Source of the DNA: Eledone cirrhosa
Lineage: Eukaryota
Assembly (NCBI GenBank): GCA_964016885.1
Contig: OZ024754.1
Location: 42,098,001-42,162,000, forward strand
Reading direction: 5' to 3'
Length of the DNA: 64,000 nt
The stretch's first letter is position 1. Each line of letters starts with the position of its first letter. Of the stretch, positions 13,976-27,710 are shown one piece after another. The notes below the pieces were generated by a model that worked only from the letters and a program-made list of their open reading frames with translations, made no database searches and was not told the DNA's origin. The position numbers and the translations under genes are program-made.

Positions 13976-14178
13976 CTGAAAATAAAGAAAAAAATATTGG
14001 TCATTGATAGCGATAAATATTATGGAGATATTGGTAATAATTGTTTCTAGTTTTGGCACACAGCCAGCAATTTAGGGGAAGGAAACAGCCGATTATATCA
14101 ATACTCCTGCCTAGTACTTCACTGGTACTTTATTTTATTGACCTTGGAAGGATGAAAGGCAAAGTTGACATCAGAACA

Positions 14179-14664
14179 TTAACCCTTTAGCATTTAAACC
14201 GGCCGTATCCTATCCAGCCAGAATTCTCTCACCTCTTTCTGTTCAAATCAACTGTAACCGGTCGCTCATACTGATGTTAAGGTATTGTTCTCAAAATATA
14301 TAATATCAAAATCTCATAGATTCGATATTATGTGAGATAATTATGTAAGATAAAGACTTTACCATGAAAATACAATAGTAAATATAGAGTAATGGAAATG
14401 TTATGTGAGATATTATGTGAGGTAAAGCCTTTACCATGAAAATACAATAGTATATATAGAGTTATGTAAATGTTATGTGAGGTAAAGCCTTTACCGTGAA
14501 AATACAATAGTATATATAGAGTTATGTAAATGTTATGTGAGGTAAAGCCTTTACCATGAAAATACAATAGTATATATAGAGTTATGTAAATGTTATGTGA
14601 GGTAAAGCCTTTACCATGAAAATACAATAGTATATATAGAGTTATGTAAATGCTAAAGGGTTAA
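14179..14664. mobile_element. piggyBac-like MITE with internal 60-bp tandem expansion, inserted in a SINE
   Basis: TTAA-CCCTTTAGCATTTA ... TAAATGCTAAAGGG-TTAA termini; 60-bp unit x4-5 at about 14345-14655; SINE halves at 14038-14178 and 14665-14722. Confidence 0.85.
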
Positions 14665-15340
14665 GAGCCAGAAGAAATACTGTTAAGCGTTTGTCCAATG
14701 TTCTAACAACTCTGCCAATCCAGTGCTCTGTTTTCCTTGCTAGCAAAGGTGTCACAGAATGAGTCAGTACTTGAACAAAGTTACTTATCTCTCAGATGAG
14801 CCAGAAAGGAAGGGGCTGGGAGATGTATCTCACATTCCTGCACTCCACTGGGTACATTTTATCAGGGCACCACTACACACACACACATATATATATATGT
14901 CTGTATATTTTTTTCATTTCATTTTTACGTCCGCTTTTCCCTGCTTGCAAGGGTGGGACGGGAACAGATTCTGGCTTGATTTCTACAGCTGGATGCCCTT
15001 CCTAACACCAACCTCATTTACAGTGAGTGCTGGGTGCTTTTTTGCCGTGGCACCTCCACGACCACTTTGGGGTCCCTATCATCTCATTTCTACAGTTGAG
15101 TAAACTGTTTTTAGGTCCACCTTTCCATACTTGCATGGGTTGGACGGGTCCTTCTCAGCAAGGCATGACTCCACTTGTCGCGTTCCTTCATCATATCATC
15201 ATATCCAAAGATATTTACTGATCTAATTATTGGTCAGAGGAAATTATAAAAACATTTGTATAAAACTCTGCTCCTTACTGGTTCAGTAACATGTTTCTCT
15301 TGAGGTCTGCACCCTAGACGACTGCTTAGTTATCCTTAAA

Positions 15341-15630
15341 GGTAGCACCAGCCCTGCCTGTAGTGCAACAGTAAAACTAATGGCAACCATTACTAGTTTT
15401 TGAAGCACCTCATGGTAGCACCAGCCCTGCCTGTAGTGCAACAGTAAAACTAATGGCAACCATTACTAGTTTTTGAAGCACCTCATGGTAGCACCAGCCC
15501 TGCCTGTAGTGCAACAGTAAAACTAATGGCAACCATTACTAGTTTTTGAAGCACCTCATGGTAGCACCAGCCCTGCCTGTAGTGCAACAGTAAAACTAAT
15601 GGCAACCATTACTAGTTTTTGAAGCCCCTC
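15341..15630. repeat. 73-bp tandem x4
   Basis: GGTAGCACCAGCCCTGCCTGTAGTGC... at 15341, 15414, 15487 and 15560. Confidence 0.95.
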
Positions 15631-16401
15631 AGAGAGAAGGTAAAGACTGTTATGCTAACCCTTCCTTCCTTTGTCATGTCAAAAGCTCGTATGGGATGTT
15701 ATATATGGTGTAGAGTTTCACGTTAAGGCAGAGAGAAACTAGTTCATCTAATTTGATATACTGTTTCTCTCTCGAAGTCATATTGCAGTTTTGTAAAGTA
15801 ATCTCGATAGTAAGATGGAAGTTGGTTAGATAGAAAACTTAATTTGTGTCAAGCTATCATTTAGCAATAAAACTAATAAAGTGAAATAGAATAAAGACTA
15901 TCATCATCATCACTGTCCTCACCACCACCGTCACCATCACTAAGATATTATCACTACTATACACACATACAAGGCCTGTTTACTACACATACACACAAGG
16001 TCTGTTTACTACATACACACATACACACACAAGGTCTGTTTACTACATACACACACAAGGCCTATTTACTATACACATACACACACAAGATCTATTTACT
16101 ACACACACATACACACACAAGATCTATTTACTACACACATATACACACAAAGCCTATTTACTATACACATACAGGATCTATTTACTACACACACATACAA
16201 GATCTATTTATTACACATATACACACACAAGATCTATTTACTACACACATACACACACAAGATCTATTTACTACTACATACACACACAAGACCTATTTAC
16301 TACACACATACACACACAAGACCTATTTACTACACACATACACACACAAGACCTATTTACTACACACATACACACAATTTGTTTACAATATTACATAACA
16401 A

Positions 16402-16620
16402 AGGCGGTGGATTGGCGAAATTGGTAGAGCATCAGCTGCCATTTAAGTATTTCTTCTAACTTTTTACATTCTGAGTTCAAATCCTGCCGAGGTCAACTTT
16501 GCCTTTCATCCATTCCGAGGTGGATAAAATAACAGTACCAGTTAAATACTGGGGTTGATTCAATCAACTCTGTCCTTCCTCCAAACTTGCTGGCCTTGTG
16601 CCTAAATCAGAGATCAATAT
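16402..16620 (+). mobile_element. tRNA-derived SINE
   Basis: GGCGGTGGATTGGCGAAATTGGTAGAGC...GAGTTCAAATCCTGCCGAGGTCAACTTTGCCTTTCATCC; imperfect flanking repeat CAATATTA(C/T)ATAACA. Confidence 0.8.
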
Positions 16621-17849
16621 TATATAACACAAAGCAATGAGAGATTCCTTCTTCAATGGCTGTGTGGTTAAGCAATGTCACTTAACAACCATTTCAGGTT
16701 CTATCCCACACCATGGTACCCTACAAAAGTGTCTTTTACCACTTTCTAGTCTACAGCATGGTACCTATGAGAGTGCCTTTTACCATTTCAGGTTCTATCC
16801 CACACCATGGTACCCTACAAAAGTGTCTTTTACCACTTTCTAGTCTACAGCATGGTACCCTACGAGAGTGTCTTTTACTGAATTGGGTCAATGGAAACTG
16901 TAAGAGAATCCTGTTGTATCTCAACATACGTGTGTGTGTGTGTATTTCCACATACGTGTGTGTGTATGTGTGTATTTCCACATATGTGTGTGTGTGTGAA
17001 TAAAGGGTAAGGTGGAAATGCTTCAGGGAGAATGCTCTACATAAAGTGAACCCTAAACTACACGGTTCTGAAGCAAACCTCTTCAACTAGTTAACCATGC
17101 CTGAGACTCTGGTTTCGTTCTTCCAATACATTGACATTGATAATGAGCACTAAAGTGAAAGGGGTAGAAAAATGTGATTTCTAAAGCTACATATGCTTCA
17201 CAACTGATACAGATTAGTAATGTTACATATTGTAAACATAATGTGCCCAACACATTGTAAGCATTATGTCCTGTCTTAATAACAATAACAATAATAAATT
17301 TACATAGAAAAATATGTAAAATTACTACCTCAGTATCTTGAATGAGAATAATAAAGTTTTCTGTACCTTTCAAAACTATGTGAGATGACCCACAAAATAT
17401 AATATTGCAAATAGTTTCTCTCTGTTTGCCATATAATATCTCATCTTTGATTATAGTCAACAACAACACATATCTCTTTGCTCATGCATGAAAGGGTTAT
17501 GGGCTTACCCCTTCAGATATATACCAAGGAGAGGAATGGGAAAAATAATAATATATATATATATACACACACATTGTGATACAAGGTATTTATATAAAGT
17601 CTTAAGATGTAAGAAGGAACAAAAAACAAACAAACAAACAAACAAAATAAAAATCTAGAGAAAAATAAGAAGTAAAAGTTACCAAGTAGGTGCTGACAAT
17701 ATTTTGTCTTTGAGATAAGAGATGGGTGGAGTGTAGGGAGGAAAGTAAGGGTAGACAGATGGGGGCTGATAACTTAGAATTAAATCTTTACACTAGACAC
17801 ATCTGTTTCTGAGTAGACAGGGAAGGAAACAGAAATGGCTACTGTCGGT

Positions 17850-18075
17850 TTTGGGAGAATAGGTACTTTGGGGAATAGGTACTTTGGGGAATAGGTACTG
17901 TGGAGAATAGGTACTGTGGGGAATAGGTACTTTGGGGAATAGGTACTTTGGGGAATAGGTACTGTGGAGAATAGGTACTGTGAAGAATAGGTACAGTGGT
18001 TTTGGGGAATGGGTAGTGTGGGTTTTGGGGCATAGGTACTGTGTGGGTTTTGCGAGAATAGGTACTTTGTGGGTA
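17850..18075. repeat. 17-bp minisatellite (GGGAATAGGTACTTTGG)
   Basis: Direct tandem, degenerating rightwards. Confidence 0.85.
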
Positions 18076-18849
18076 CTACCAAAGTTGCAGCAACAGCAAT
18101 CATGACTTGGCCGTTTAGTTACCAACCCGGCCAAACTCGACTCTGGTTCTATGAAATAAAACAATCCATTTTAAGATTTCTTCTTCTTCTTCTTCTTCTT
18201 CACCCACTTATTCTTGAGAATGTCGTGGGGACAGAGTCCTCAAACACTCCTTCCAGCAGGTCCTCTCAGAAGCAACCATCTCCAATTGAGACAAGCCAAG
18301 CTCATGGATGTTATCCAACCATCTTGCTCGGGGTCTCCTGTCTGCTGGTTTTCACTGTAAAGTTTGTCCAGCGATTCTTTCCTGAGACATTCTAACTTAA
18401 ATTATTACCACCACCACCATCACTACCACCACCACCATCACTACTAGTACCACTACCACCACCACTATCACCTTCCTTACTACCACCACCACCATCACTA
18501 CTACCACCACCACCACCACCATCACTACTACCACCACCACCACCACTATCACCTTCCTTACTACCACCACCACCATCACTACTAGCACCACTACCACCAC
18601 CACCACCATCACTACTACCACCACCACTATCACCTTCCTTACCCCCCCCCCCCCCTTACTACTAGCATCAACTAAAGTTTGCTATGTTTCTTTAACATAG
18701 AATCTATATGGAAGATGTTAACCATTTATAAATAACTTGTGATTACTGAATGACATGTCAGAGATAAGAGGTTGGCAAATATTTCTTTACTTATATACAC
18801 ACACACACACACACACACACGTACATATACATACACACACACGTACACA

Positions 18850-18886
<37 letters not shown>

Positions 18887-19924
18887 TACACACACACGTA
18901 CACATCACACACACACACACATGTACATACACACACACGTACACATCACACACACACACATGTACACACACACACGTATGTACATATACACACACACCCA
19001 TTACATATACACACACATGTACACACACAAACACACGTACATACACACATGTACACACACACACGTACATACACACACGTACATATCACACACACACACA
19101 TGTACATATATACACACACGTACATATCACACACAGACATGTACATATACACACATACCCATTACATATACACACAGACATGTACATATATATATATATA
19201 TACACGCACACGTACATATACACACACATACATATGTACATACATATACACACACATACATATGTACATACATATACACACATTTCATTGAGGAGTTAAA
19301 TTGAAAATTATTGTATTTATTACAAGTGTTTTAAGGCTGCAACATCACCACCACCACCACCACCACCACCAGCATCACTACCACCACCACCACCACCATC
19401 ACCAGCGTCACTAACATCATACGAACATCAACACCACCAGCATCACTACCATCTTACCAACACCACCAGCATCACTACCATCATACCAACACCAGCATCA
19501 ACACCCTCACACTACCACCACCCTCTTGTTTCTATGATACAGAACTGTTTTGGAACATAACACAAGGTTTCTACTTTAAAATCATGAGAAACTTATATTA
19601 CTAAATACCTTCAAATTCTTGAATATTTTCCAAATGATTCCCTCCGAAGGGTCTTTGAAATGTTACTCAATAGAGTGCACAGCTCGGAGATCAAAGAGTC
19701 ACTCCAGATAGAGTCACTACTTCTCTGAATTGAGAGATCACAGCTCTGATACTATGGACTTGTGGTTAGAATGTCTCATCAAAGAATCACTGGACAGATT
19801 TGTAGCTCAGAGATCAGAGAGTCACTCCAGGTAGAGTCACTACTTCTCCAAATTGAGAGATCACAGCTCTGATACTATGGACTTGTGGTTATAATGTCTC
19901 ATCAAGGAATCACTCGACAGATTT

Positions 19925-20120
19925 TACAGGCAAAACCAATTGGCAGGAAACCCAGGGGTAGACCCGGAGCAAGATGGTCGGATAACATCCATGAGCTCAA
20001 CAGGTCTCGCTCGGGGACCCAGGCAGATCTGTTGGAAGGAAATGGTTGCTTCTGATAGAAGGTGTGTTTGCAGTTTCTGCTTCAACGACCCTCTCAGGAA
20101 TAAGTGGGCAAAGAAGATTC
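19925..20120 (+). mobile_element. Second RTE-like LINE family, 3' fragment (other copies 46655-46855 +, 18178-18390 - with (GAA)n tail)
   Basis: QAKPIGRKPRGRPGARWSDNIHEL (GRPRxxWxDxI motif); three mutually alignable copies. Confidence 0.75.
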
Positions 20121-20296
20121 TACAATCATAAGCAGTGTGTTTCATTAGAAATATGGTAACAAGAAAGAGATGATATATATATATATATATATATATCATC
20201 ATCATCACTGTTTAACGTCCATTTTTCCAGGCTAGCATGGGTTAGAGAGAGAGAGCATGTAACAATGTAGAGTGTTTCATTAGAAATATGGTAACA

Positions 20297-20414
<118 letters not shown>

Positions 20415-20418
20415 TTAC

Positions 20419-20487
20419 CACAGTGTCATCTGTAAGCTTCACCTTTAAAATTCCGTTGCAATGACGATATTTGATGACAAACCGGCA
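20419..20487 (-). CDS. SRP9: SRP9 coding exon 2, CRFVIKYRHCNGILKVKLTDDTV
   Basis: Pyrimidine tract plus CAG acceptor (20490-20488); 69 nt, phase 0; GTAAG donor (20418-20414). Matches human [23 protein letters not shown]. Confidence 0.97.
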
Positions 20488-21237
20488 CTGAAATGGATGA
20501 AAAGAGAAAATAAATGAAGGTAATCTATAAGGGGGAGGGGGGGGGGTCGATTTAAAGAAAGACAAACGAATGGACTGAATGTGTCTATCAATGACAAAAG
20601 AATATATCGACAGAGAGTTTAACTCTTTTTCTAGCAACCTGGCAGCCAAAATTGCTTCTAATTCTATGAACCAAAATCACTTATTTTAATGAGTTCCTAT
20701 TTCAAGCTTCCAGCACTTCCAACATAACTTTATATAAGAACCATATGTCAAATTACTAACTTAGTAATGAAATAATTAATGATTTTAGTAAATTCATCAA
20801 AATTCCTCAAGAGTCTATTTCATTAGAGATACGGCCCCAAAAGAGTTAATACACCGACAACGATCCTGTGTGTGTGTATATATATATATACATGTGTATA
20901 TATATATATATATACATGTGTATATACATGTGAAGGTGCATCACACTTTATTTCATGTCGTTCCAGTTCACTCAGCTGTAGAAATGAGTTGTGATGTCAT
21001 TGGTGCCAAGCTGTATCAGCCATTGCTTTTCCATTGGACATCATATATAGTATACACATATATATATATAGCGTACATAGTGTATATATAATGCATATAT
21101 ATAGTGTATATATACTGTATATAGGAGTTGTGATGTCACTGGTGCCAAGCTGTATCAGCCATTGCCTTTCCCTTGGACAACATCATATATAATGTATAGA
21201 TACTGTATATAGTGTATATATACTGTACATATATATA

Positions 21238-21276
<39 letters not shown>

Positions 21277-22709
21277 GATGTCACTGGTGCCAAGCTGTAT
21301 CGGTCACTGTCTTTCTCTTGGACATTATATATACACTATGTACAGTATGTCATGATGGCGTCCCTAAGACTCTACGAGGAGACAGAGGTCCCTATATACC
21401 ATATGTCACAATGGCGTCCCTAAGACTCCAGCAAGAGTTACAGGCCCATACAATAGATATAGCCTAGATAATTGGGAGTTAAATATCATGTAAACTGCTG
21501 ACATGCAAATCTGTAAAACCCAATGGCCACTGATACACTGATAATGATAATATAACTAACTTGATATCCATTTAAAATGGAAGCCTTATATCATATTTCA
21601 TTGATAAGGTAAGATGAATTATTTCAGAACATAGGTTGGAATCTTCAGTTAAAGTATCAACTCTTAACATCATGTAATGATTTAGCAATATAGAGCTAAA
21701 AATAGGTTTGTTAATTCAAATGTTTATAGTATTTGTGTTGTATAGTATCTTTAACATCACACTACCATTCTATACAACACACATACACTCCACTACCTTT
21801 CTATAGAACACAACAGATCACACTACATTCTATAGAAGACACAACAGATCACACTACATTCTATAGAACACAGCAACACCCCACTACCATTCTATAGAAC
21901 ACAGCAACACCCCACTACATTCTATAGAACACAGCAACATCACACTACCATTCTATAGAACACAGCAACATCACACTACCATTCTATAGAACACAGCAAC
22001 ACCCCACTATATTCTATAGAACATGACTATATTTCCATAAGATATTTTGATGAACTAACATCATTCTATTCACTTTGGATTGTTTGAAATTAATGTCTAG
22101 AGCAACTGAGTCCAATAAACTAGACATCCTTTTTTTCTCATCTAGACTTTTACTTCATTATTGCCATCTATTGTTGTTGTAGTTGTAGTAGTAGAAGTAG
22201 TTATTTCATCAAAAATATCCCAACGGGGATAAAAAAAAAAAAAATTTTTTTTAAATGAAAAAAAAAAAATATATATATATATATATCAAACAAATGCAAA
22301 AAATATATTAACAAATAAGAAATAAAGGCAAATGAAACAATAAAAAAATGGAAAAATATAAATAAAAACAGAAAAGAAATAAAATTGTAGTATGATAAAA
22401 AAAATCAAAATGAAATTTCGGTAAATAAAAGTTGAAATAAATAAAAGATTACAATAGTGAAAGTGAGTTTTATGAATGATATTGATATGGAGCTTCAAAT
22501 TTGGTGACTGTTACACGGTAGTACAATAAAATAAGAATATATTGTAGTTTCTCCAGGGAACACACAGTGTTATGTAAAAGAACACACAATAAATATAGAG
22601 AAATAAGAAATATAGAAATTAAAAAAAAAATAATAATAAAAAAAAATCTGTTGCAATAGAAAAAAAGTTTAAATAAAAATAAAATAGAGTTTGTTCATTG
22701 TAGCAACTT

Positions 22710-22761
<52 letters not shown>

Positions 22762-23038
22762 GTGTGTATATATATATATGTGTGTGTATATATATATGTG
22801 TGTGTATGTATATATATGTGTGTATATATATATGTGTGTGTATGTATATATATAAATGTGTATATATATATGTGTATATATATGTGTGTGTGTGTATATA
22901 TATGCGTGTATATATATATGTGTATATATATATGTATAGCAGGGAAAACGCACATTAAATGACATATGTATATTTACAAAACAGTCGTTTTATGAAGCAC
23001 TGAATGAATTTGAATTTTGAAATATATGTCTCTGTATG

Positions 23039-23083
<45 letters not shown>

Positions 23084-23319
23084 ATATATATAACAAGAGT
23101 AAAATTTCAGGTGAACAAAGTTATACCAACAAAGTTTCAAGTGAGATTATGCCTAGATTGTAATATACAGACATATCATCATCATCGTTTAATGTCCATC
23201 TTCTTTCTCTATTGATAATGAAGCTTCAATGAGTTTTTCCCTATCTCTAGTTTTCCTGTTCTTATTGAAACATGTGTAAGATTAATAAAATGTCAAATTT
23301 CTTCATCATAGATTAGATT

Positions 23320-23360
<41 letters not shown>

Positions 23361-23717
23361 GTAGAATGATCGAGAATCGGAATATCGGCCCACAAAATCA
23401 CGATAAACAATATCCGACATGTGTGGCAGAGGGCTCAATAGTTTGGAAAAACCAGAGCTATAACTATTGTTAAAATACCAACACACAGAGATCATGCCTA
23501 TATATAAATGAAAGGTATAGAAAACATTGTAGCAAAAAGCCAACAGTATTCCATAATATATTATCTATATATATATATATATATATATATATCATCATCA
23601 TTTTACGTCCGCTTTTCCCTGCTTGCAAGGGTAAAAGGTAAACAGAAATAACAACACAATCAGTACAGTATATGGAAGGGATATATTAGGTTAACGCTTG
23701 ATATAGCAGGAAGAGGG

Positions 23718-23754
23718 TCTTAACGTTTCGGACCGCTGGTCCTTCATCAGAAGA
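23718..23754 (-). ncRNA. Minimal type-I hammerhead ribozyme motif (Penelope-like-element type), intact core
   Basis: Minus strand reads UCUU-CUGAUGA-A-GGACC-AGC-GGUCC-GAAAC-GUU-AAGA: stem I UCUU/AAGA, 5-bp stem II, palindromic AACGUU stem III, GUU cleavage triplet. Confidence 0.75.
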
Positions 23755-24120
23755 AAGAATAAGAAATAAAATAGATTAAGGGGACGGGCGGGTTGGAATT
23801 GGAAAAAATGTCTTTAGATAAAAATAACAGGTCCATTCATGTTGACATCTCTTACAGATATAAACATGGGAACACTGATTGCTAGGACAGCCATTAAAGC
23901 AGCTAAATGCTGTCATAGACAGCGATGGGCAAAATTGTCTAAAAGGACAGATACCAGTGGTCGACAGTACCATTTTAAAATGCTGCATCATCCAACAGAG
24001 TGAACTGTCAAGTCTTGTTTATTTCCCTAAGTATGTAGGTAATTGAACAAGGAATAGTAATTTAAAAATTACTATTTCAACACAATGAAGTTCAATAAAC
24101 TGTAGTGAGGATTTAATAAT

Positions 24121-24301
24121 TGTTTCTACTTTTGGCACAAGGCCAGCAATTATCCCAATGTATTACTGGTACTTTATTTTATCGACCCCGTAAGGATGAA
24201 AGGCAAAGTTAACCTCGGCGGGATTTGAACTCAGAATGGAAAGGGCCGTAACTCTATGTGTCAAAGCATGGCGTCCGACCCTCTACAGATACTGCCAATC
24301 C
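24121..24301 (-). mobile_element. tRNA-derived SINE with 14-bp TSD
   Basis: B-box-like GAGTTCAAATCCC on the minus strand; direct repeat GAGGATTTAATAAT at 24107-24120 and 24302-24315. Confidence 0.9.
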
Positions 24302-24344
24302 GAGGATTTAATAATAACACTGAACGTAACTCTGTGGTGACAGA

Positions 24345-24622
24345 AAGAATTGTGTACTCCTCAAACTGTCAGACTGTAATTTGAACACGTTGGATAGAAT
24401 TGTGTACTCTTCAAACTGTCAGACTGTACTTCGAACACGGATAGAATTGTGTACTCCTCAAACTGTCAGACTGTACTTCGAACACGTTGGATAGAATTGT
24501 GTACTCTTCAAACTGTCAGACTGTACTTCGAACACGGATAGAATTGTGTACTCCTCAAACTGTCAGACTGTACTTCGAACACGTTGGATAGAATTGTGTA
24601 CTCCTCAAACTGTCAGACTGTA
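24345..24622. repeat. 47/50-bp minisatellite x~6
   Basis: GGATAGAATTGTGTACTCYTCAAACTGTCAGACTGTACTTCGAACAC(GTT). Confidence 0.9.
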
Positions 24623-25644
24623 AATTTACTGTCAGGTAACCAATTAAATTTAATGGGGATTTGAACTCAGAATGCAAAGAGCCAAACCAAATACCACAAG
24701 GTATCTTGTTTGATACTAACTATTCTACTAGTCCGCCATCCTGCGCTGGTACTTTATTTTATCGACCCACAAAAGGATAAAAACATATTTGGATTTGCAG
24801 GCTGATATAAGCTAAGTTATCAGAATTTTTAATAGTTCAGCTCAGACAGATGATAGATACTACAGGTAAATTATTTAAAGAGATATATTTATAAATTGGA
24901 AAGGCAGTGAGCAGAGCAGATGAATATTTTAAGAGCTCTATTCATAAAGGTGGAAAAAAATAACAACAAAACACCCACAACAAAGCTGCTTTCAGTTATG
25001 TCATTGAAGTCTGAAATATGTGGAAGATAGCTGCTTAATGAGAGGACCACCTAGTGCAAGTATTCCATACTAACTATACTAAAGTACCTACTGGAAGATA
25101 GCTGTTTAGTGAAAGGAGTATTTAGTGCTACTGTTCCATACTTACTATACTAAAGTACTAACTAGTGAGTCTTTGTTTCATTAGCATCATTTAATGACTG
25201 GCTTCTCTGCAAAGGTTGGACAGGTGTTCACAGCCCAAGGCAGTCCTCAAACAGTGGTACAGTTCTTGGACTAGGGTCATGTATCTTATTTACATAAGAT
25301 CCTGCAATCAACCAAGTGTATTTCATTGTGAAGAACACCAATACTAAAGGGGTTGTCATGTCTTTGATACAACTGAGGGGTGCTCTTGACACTTTGGCAG
25401 TAATAACTACTGTAGTACAGCTGTTAATGGCTGTAGTAACTACTGTAGTAAAGTGAGGGTTACTAGTTGTAGTAACTACCATAGTAAGGGTTACTAGTTG
25501 TAGTAACTACCATAGTGAGGGTTACTAGTTGTAGTAACTACCATAGTAAGGGTTACTAGTTGTAGTAACTGCCATAGTACAGCTGATAATTACATAAAGA
25601 ACTGTTGAAAAACAAATGTGATAAAAAAATCAGTGAGCAAATAA

Positions 25645-26000
25645 CCAAACTATAAATCTAGGAGGAGGAGGAACTGTAACTCCTGATGGAGTTGTATTGG
25701 TGCCATAGTGGGATACAGTGTGTCTTTGGCATTTAAAACATGGCAGAGTCTATTTCTTCTTCAGCAAACTATAAATCTAGGAGGAGCTGAAGGAGTCCTA
25801 TTGGTGCCATAGTAGGATACAGTGTGTCTTTGTCATATAAAAACATGGCAGAACCTCTCACTTCTTCAGCAAACTATAAATCTAGGAGGAAGGGGAACTG
25901 TAACATCTAATGGAGTTCTATTGGTGCCATAGTGAGGTACAGTGTGACTTTGGCATATAAAAACATGGCAGAGCCTATCCCTTCTTCAACAAACTATAAA
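25645..26000. repeat. Diverged tandem of about 105-120 bp, x3
   Basis: AAACTATAAATCTAGGAGGA...TTGGTGCCATAGT...AAAACATGGCAGA recurs three times. Confidence 0.85.
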
Positions 26001-26229
26001 TCACATCTACGACACAAAACAGGTTGACATATAGCATTTGGCAGTGACTGATTTAATGCTGAAACTGGTTTGGAAAAACATGTTTTCTTAAACTCACAAA
26101 CACACATACAAGAGCTCTGAGAAACATTCACTAGGTTGAACAAGGTTGCTTTTTGGACCCATAAGAGGAATAAAAGACAATCTTTTGTAAAATACAAGAT
26201 GCTTGATTACCAGATATCCATGTCTATCT

Positions 26230-26410
26230 TTAACCCTTTAACATTTACATTACTCTATATTTACTATTGTAATTTTACAGTAAAGGATTTACTTCACATA
26301 ATATCGAACCAATGAGATTTTGAGAACAATACCTTAACATCAGTATGAGTGGCCAGTTACAGCCGCTTTGAACAGAAAGAGGTGAGAGAATTCTGGCCGG
26401 TTTAAAGACT
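26230..26410. mobile_element. piggyBac-like MITE, one end degraded (solo matching end at about 27705-27749)
   Basis: TTAACCCTTTAACATTTACATTACTCTATAT start; homologous to 58047-58275. Confidence 0.7.
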
Positions 26411-27144
26411 CAGTGGTGTTCCTCTTTCTACACCACACAAGTGTGTATATACACAATCAGTTTATCTATTTATACATATATAACTACAAAACATTTTTGC
26501 ATCAGTTACGCATTATCTGGTTCACAAAATGTTGATTTATTTTAGCTAGGCATGAAGCCAACATTTACAGGGGAAAGGAATATTTCATTAAGCTGGCCTA
26601 CATAGAGTAATCAGTACTATAAGGCCTGATGAGAAGAAATAACGAAGGAAATAGATTCAAGAGGGATTTCATTTGAAAACAAGATATTCCAGAAGGGCCA
26701 TCACTGGATGTAATGTATGACATATGTTGGATTTATTTGATGTAGTTGGGCTTTGGAGAAGTTATTAAACGCTGGTGCCACACTTTAGTTCACTTGCGTA
26801 ACTCGTTAAACCTCCATCGTTTACAACGAGTGTTCCAGTTGATCCAATCAACAGAACTGCCTGCACATGAAATTAACATGTAAGTGGCTGAGCATTCCAC
26901 AGGCATATGCGTTCGTAATGTAGTTCCCAGTACAATACCTTGTGAATGAATTTGGTTGATGTCAACTGTAAGGAAGTCTGTCATCTAGGACCACCTCCCT
27001 ACTCACCACTATCGGCATGATGTTGGCTACCCACAGATGTGGAGACTTCTGGTGTCCTTGGCCCTAGGGGTCACCTCCCTACTCACCACCATTGGCATGA
27101 AGTTGGTGACCCGTATTAGTGGAGATTTCAGGTGTCCTTGGCCC

Positions 27145-27710
27145 TAGTCAGGAAGGAGTGTTATGACCTTCACAGACCCAGTTTAGTCAGGAAAGGATGA
27201 CATGACCTCCACAGGTCAAGATTTAGTCAAGAAGGTATGTCATGACCTTCACAGACCCAGTTTAGTCAGGAAAGGATGACATGACCTCCACAGGTCAAGA
27301 TTTAGTCAAGAAGGTATGTCATGACTTCTACAGACCCAGTTTAGTCAGGAAAGGATAACATGACCTCCACAGGTCAAGATTTAGTCAAGAAGGTATGTCA
27401 TGACTTCTACAGACCCAGTTTAGTCAGGAAGGGGTGCCATGACCTCCACAGGTCAAGATTTAGCCAGGAAGGGGTGTCGTGACCTCCACAGAACAAAGTT
27501 TAGTCAGGAAGGGGTGCCATGACCTCCACAGGTCAAGATTTAGCCAGGAAGGGGTGTCGTGACCTCCACAGAACAAAGTTTAGTCAGGAAGGGGTGCCAT
27601 GACCTCTATAGGTCAATGTTTAGTCAGGAAGGGGTGCCATGACCTCTATAGGTCAATGTTTAGTCAGGAAGGGGTGCCATGACCTCTATAGGTCAATGTT
27701 TAGTCATATA
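27145..27710. repeat. 40-bp minisatellite with alternating A/B dimers
   Basis: TTTAGTCAGGAAGGGGTGCCATGACCTCCACAGGTCAAGA-type units. Confidence 0.9.

Noticed and set aside
16402-16500. tRNA gene candidates at SINE heads
   Set aside because: A/B-box-like motifs run into SINE bodies and no cloverleaf can be drawn.
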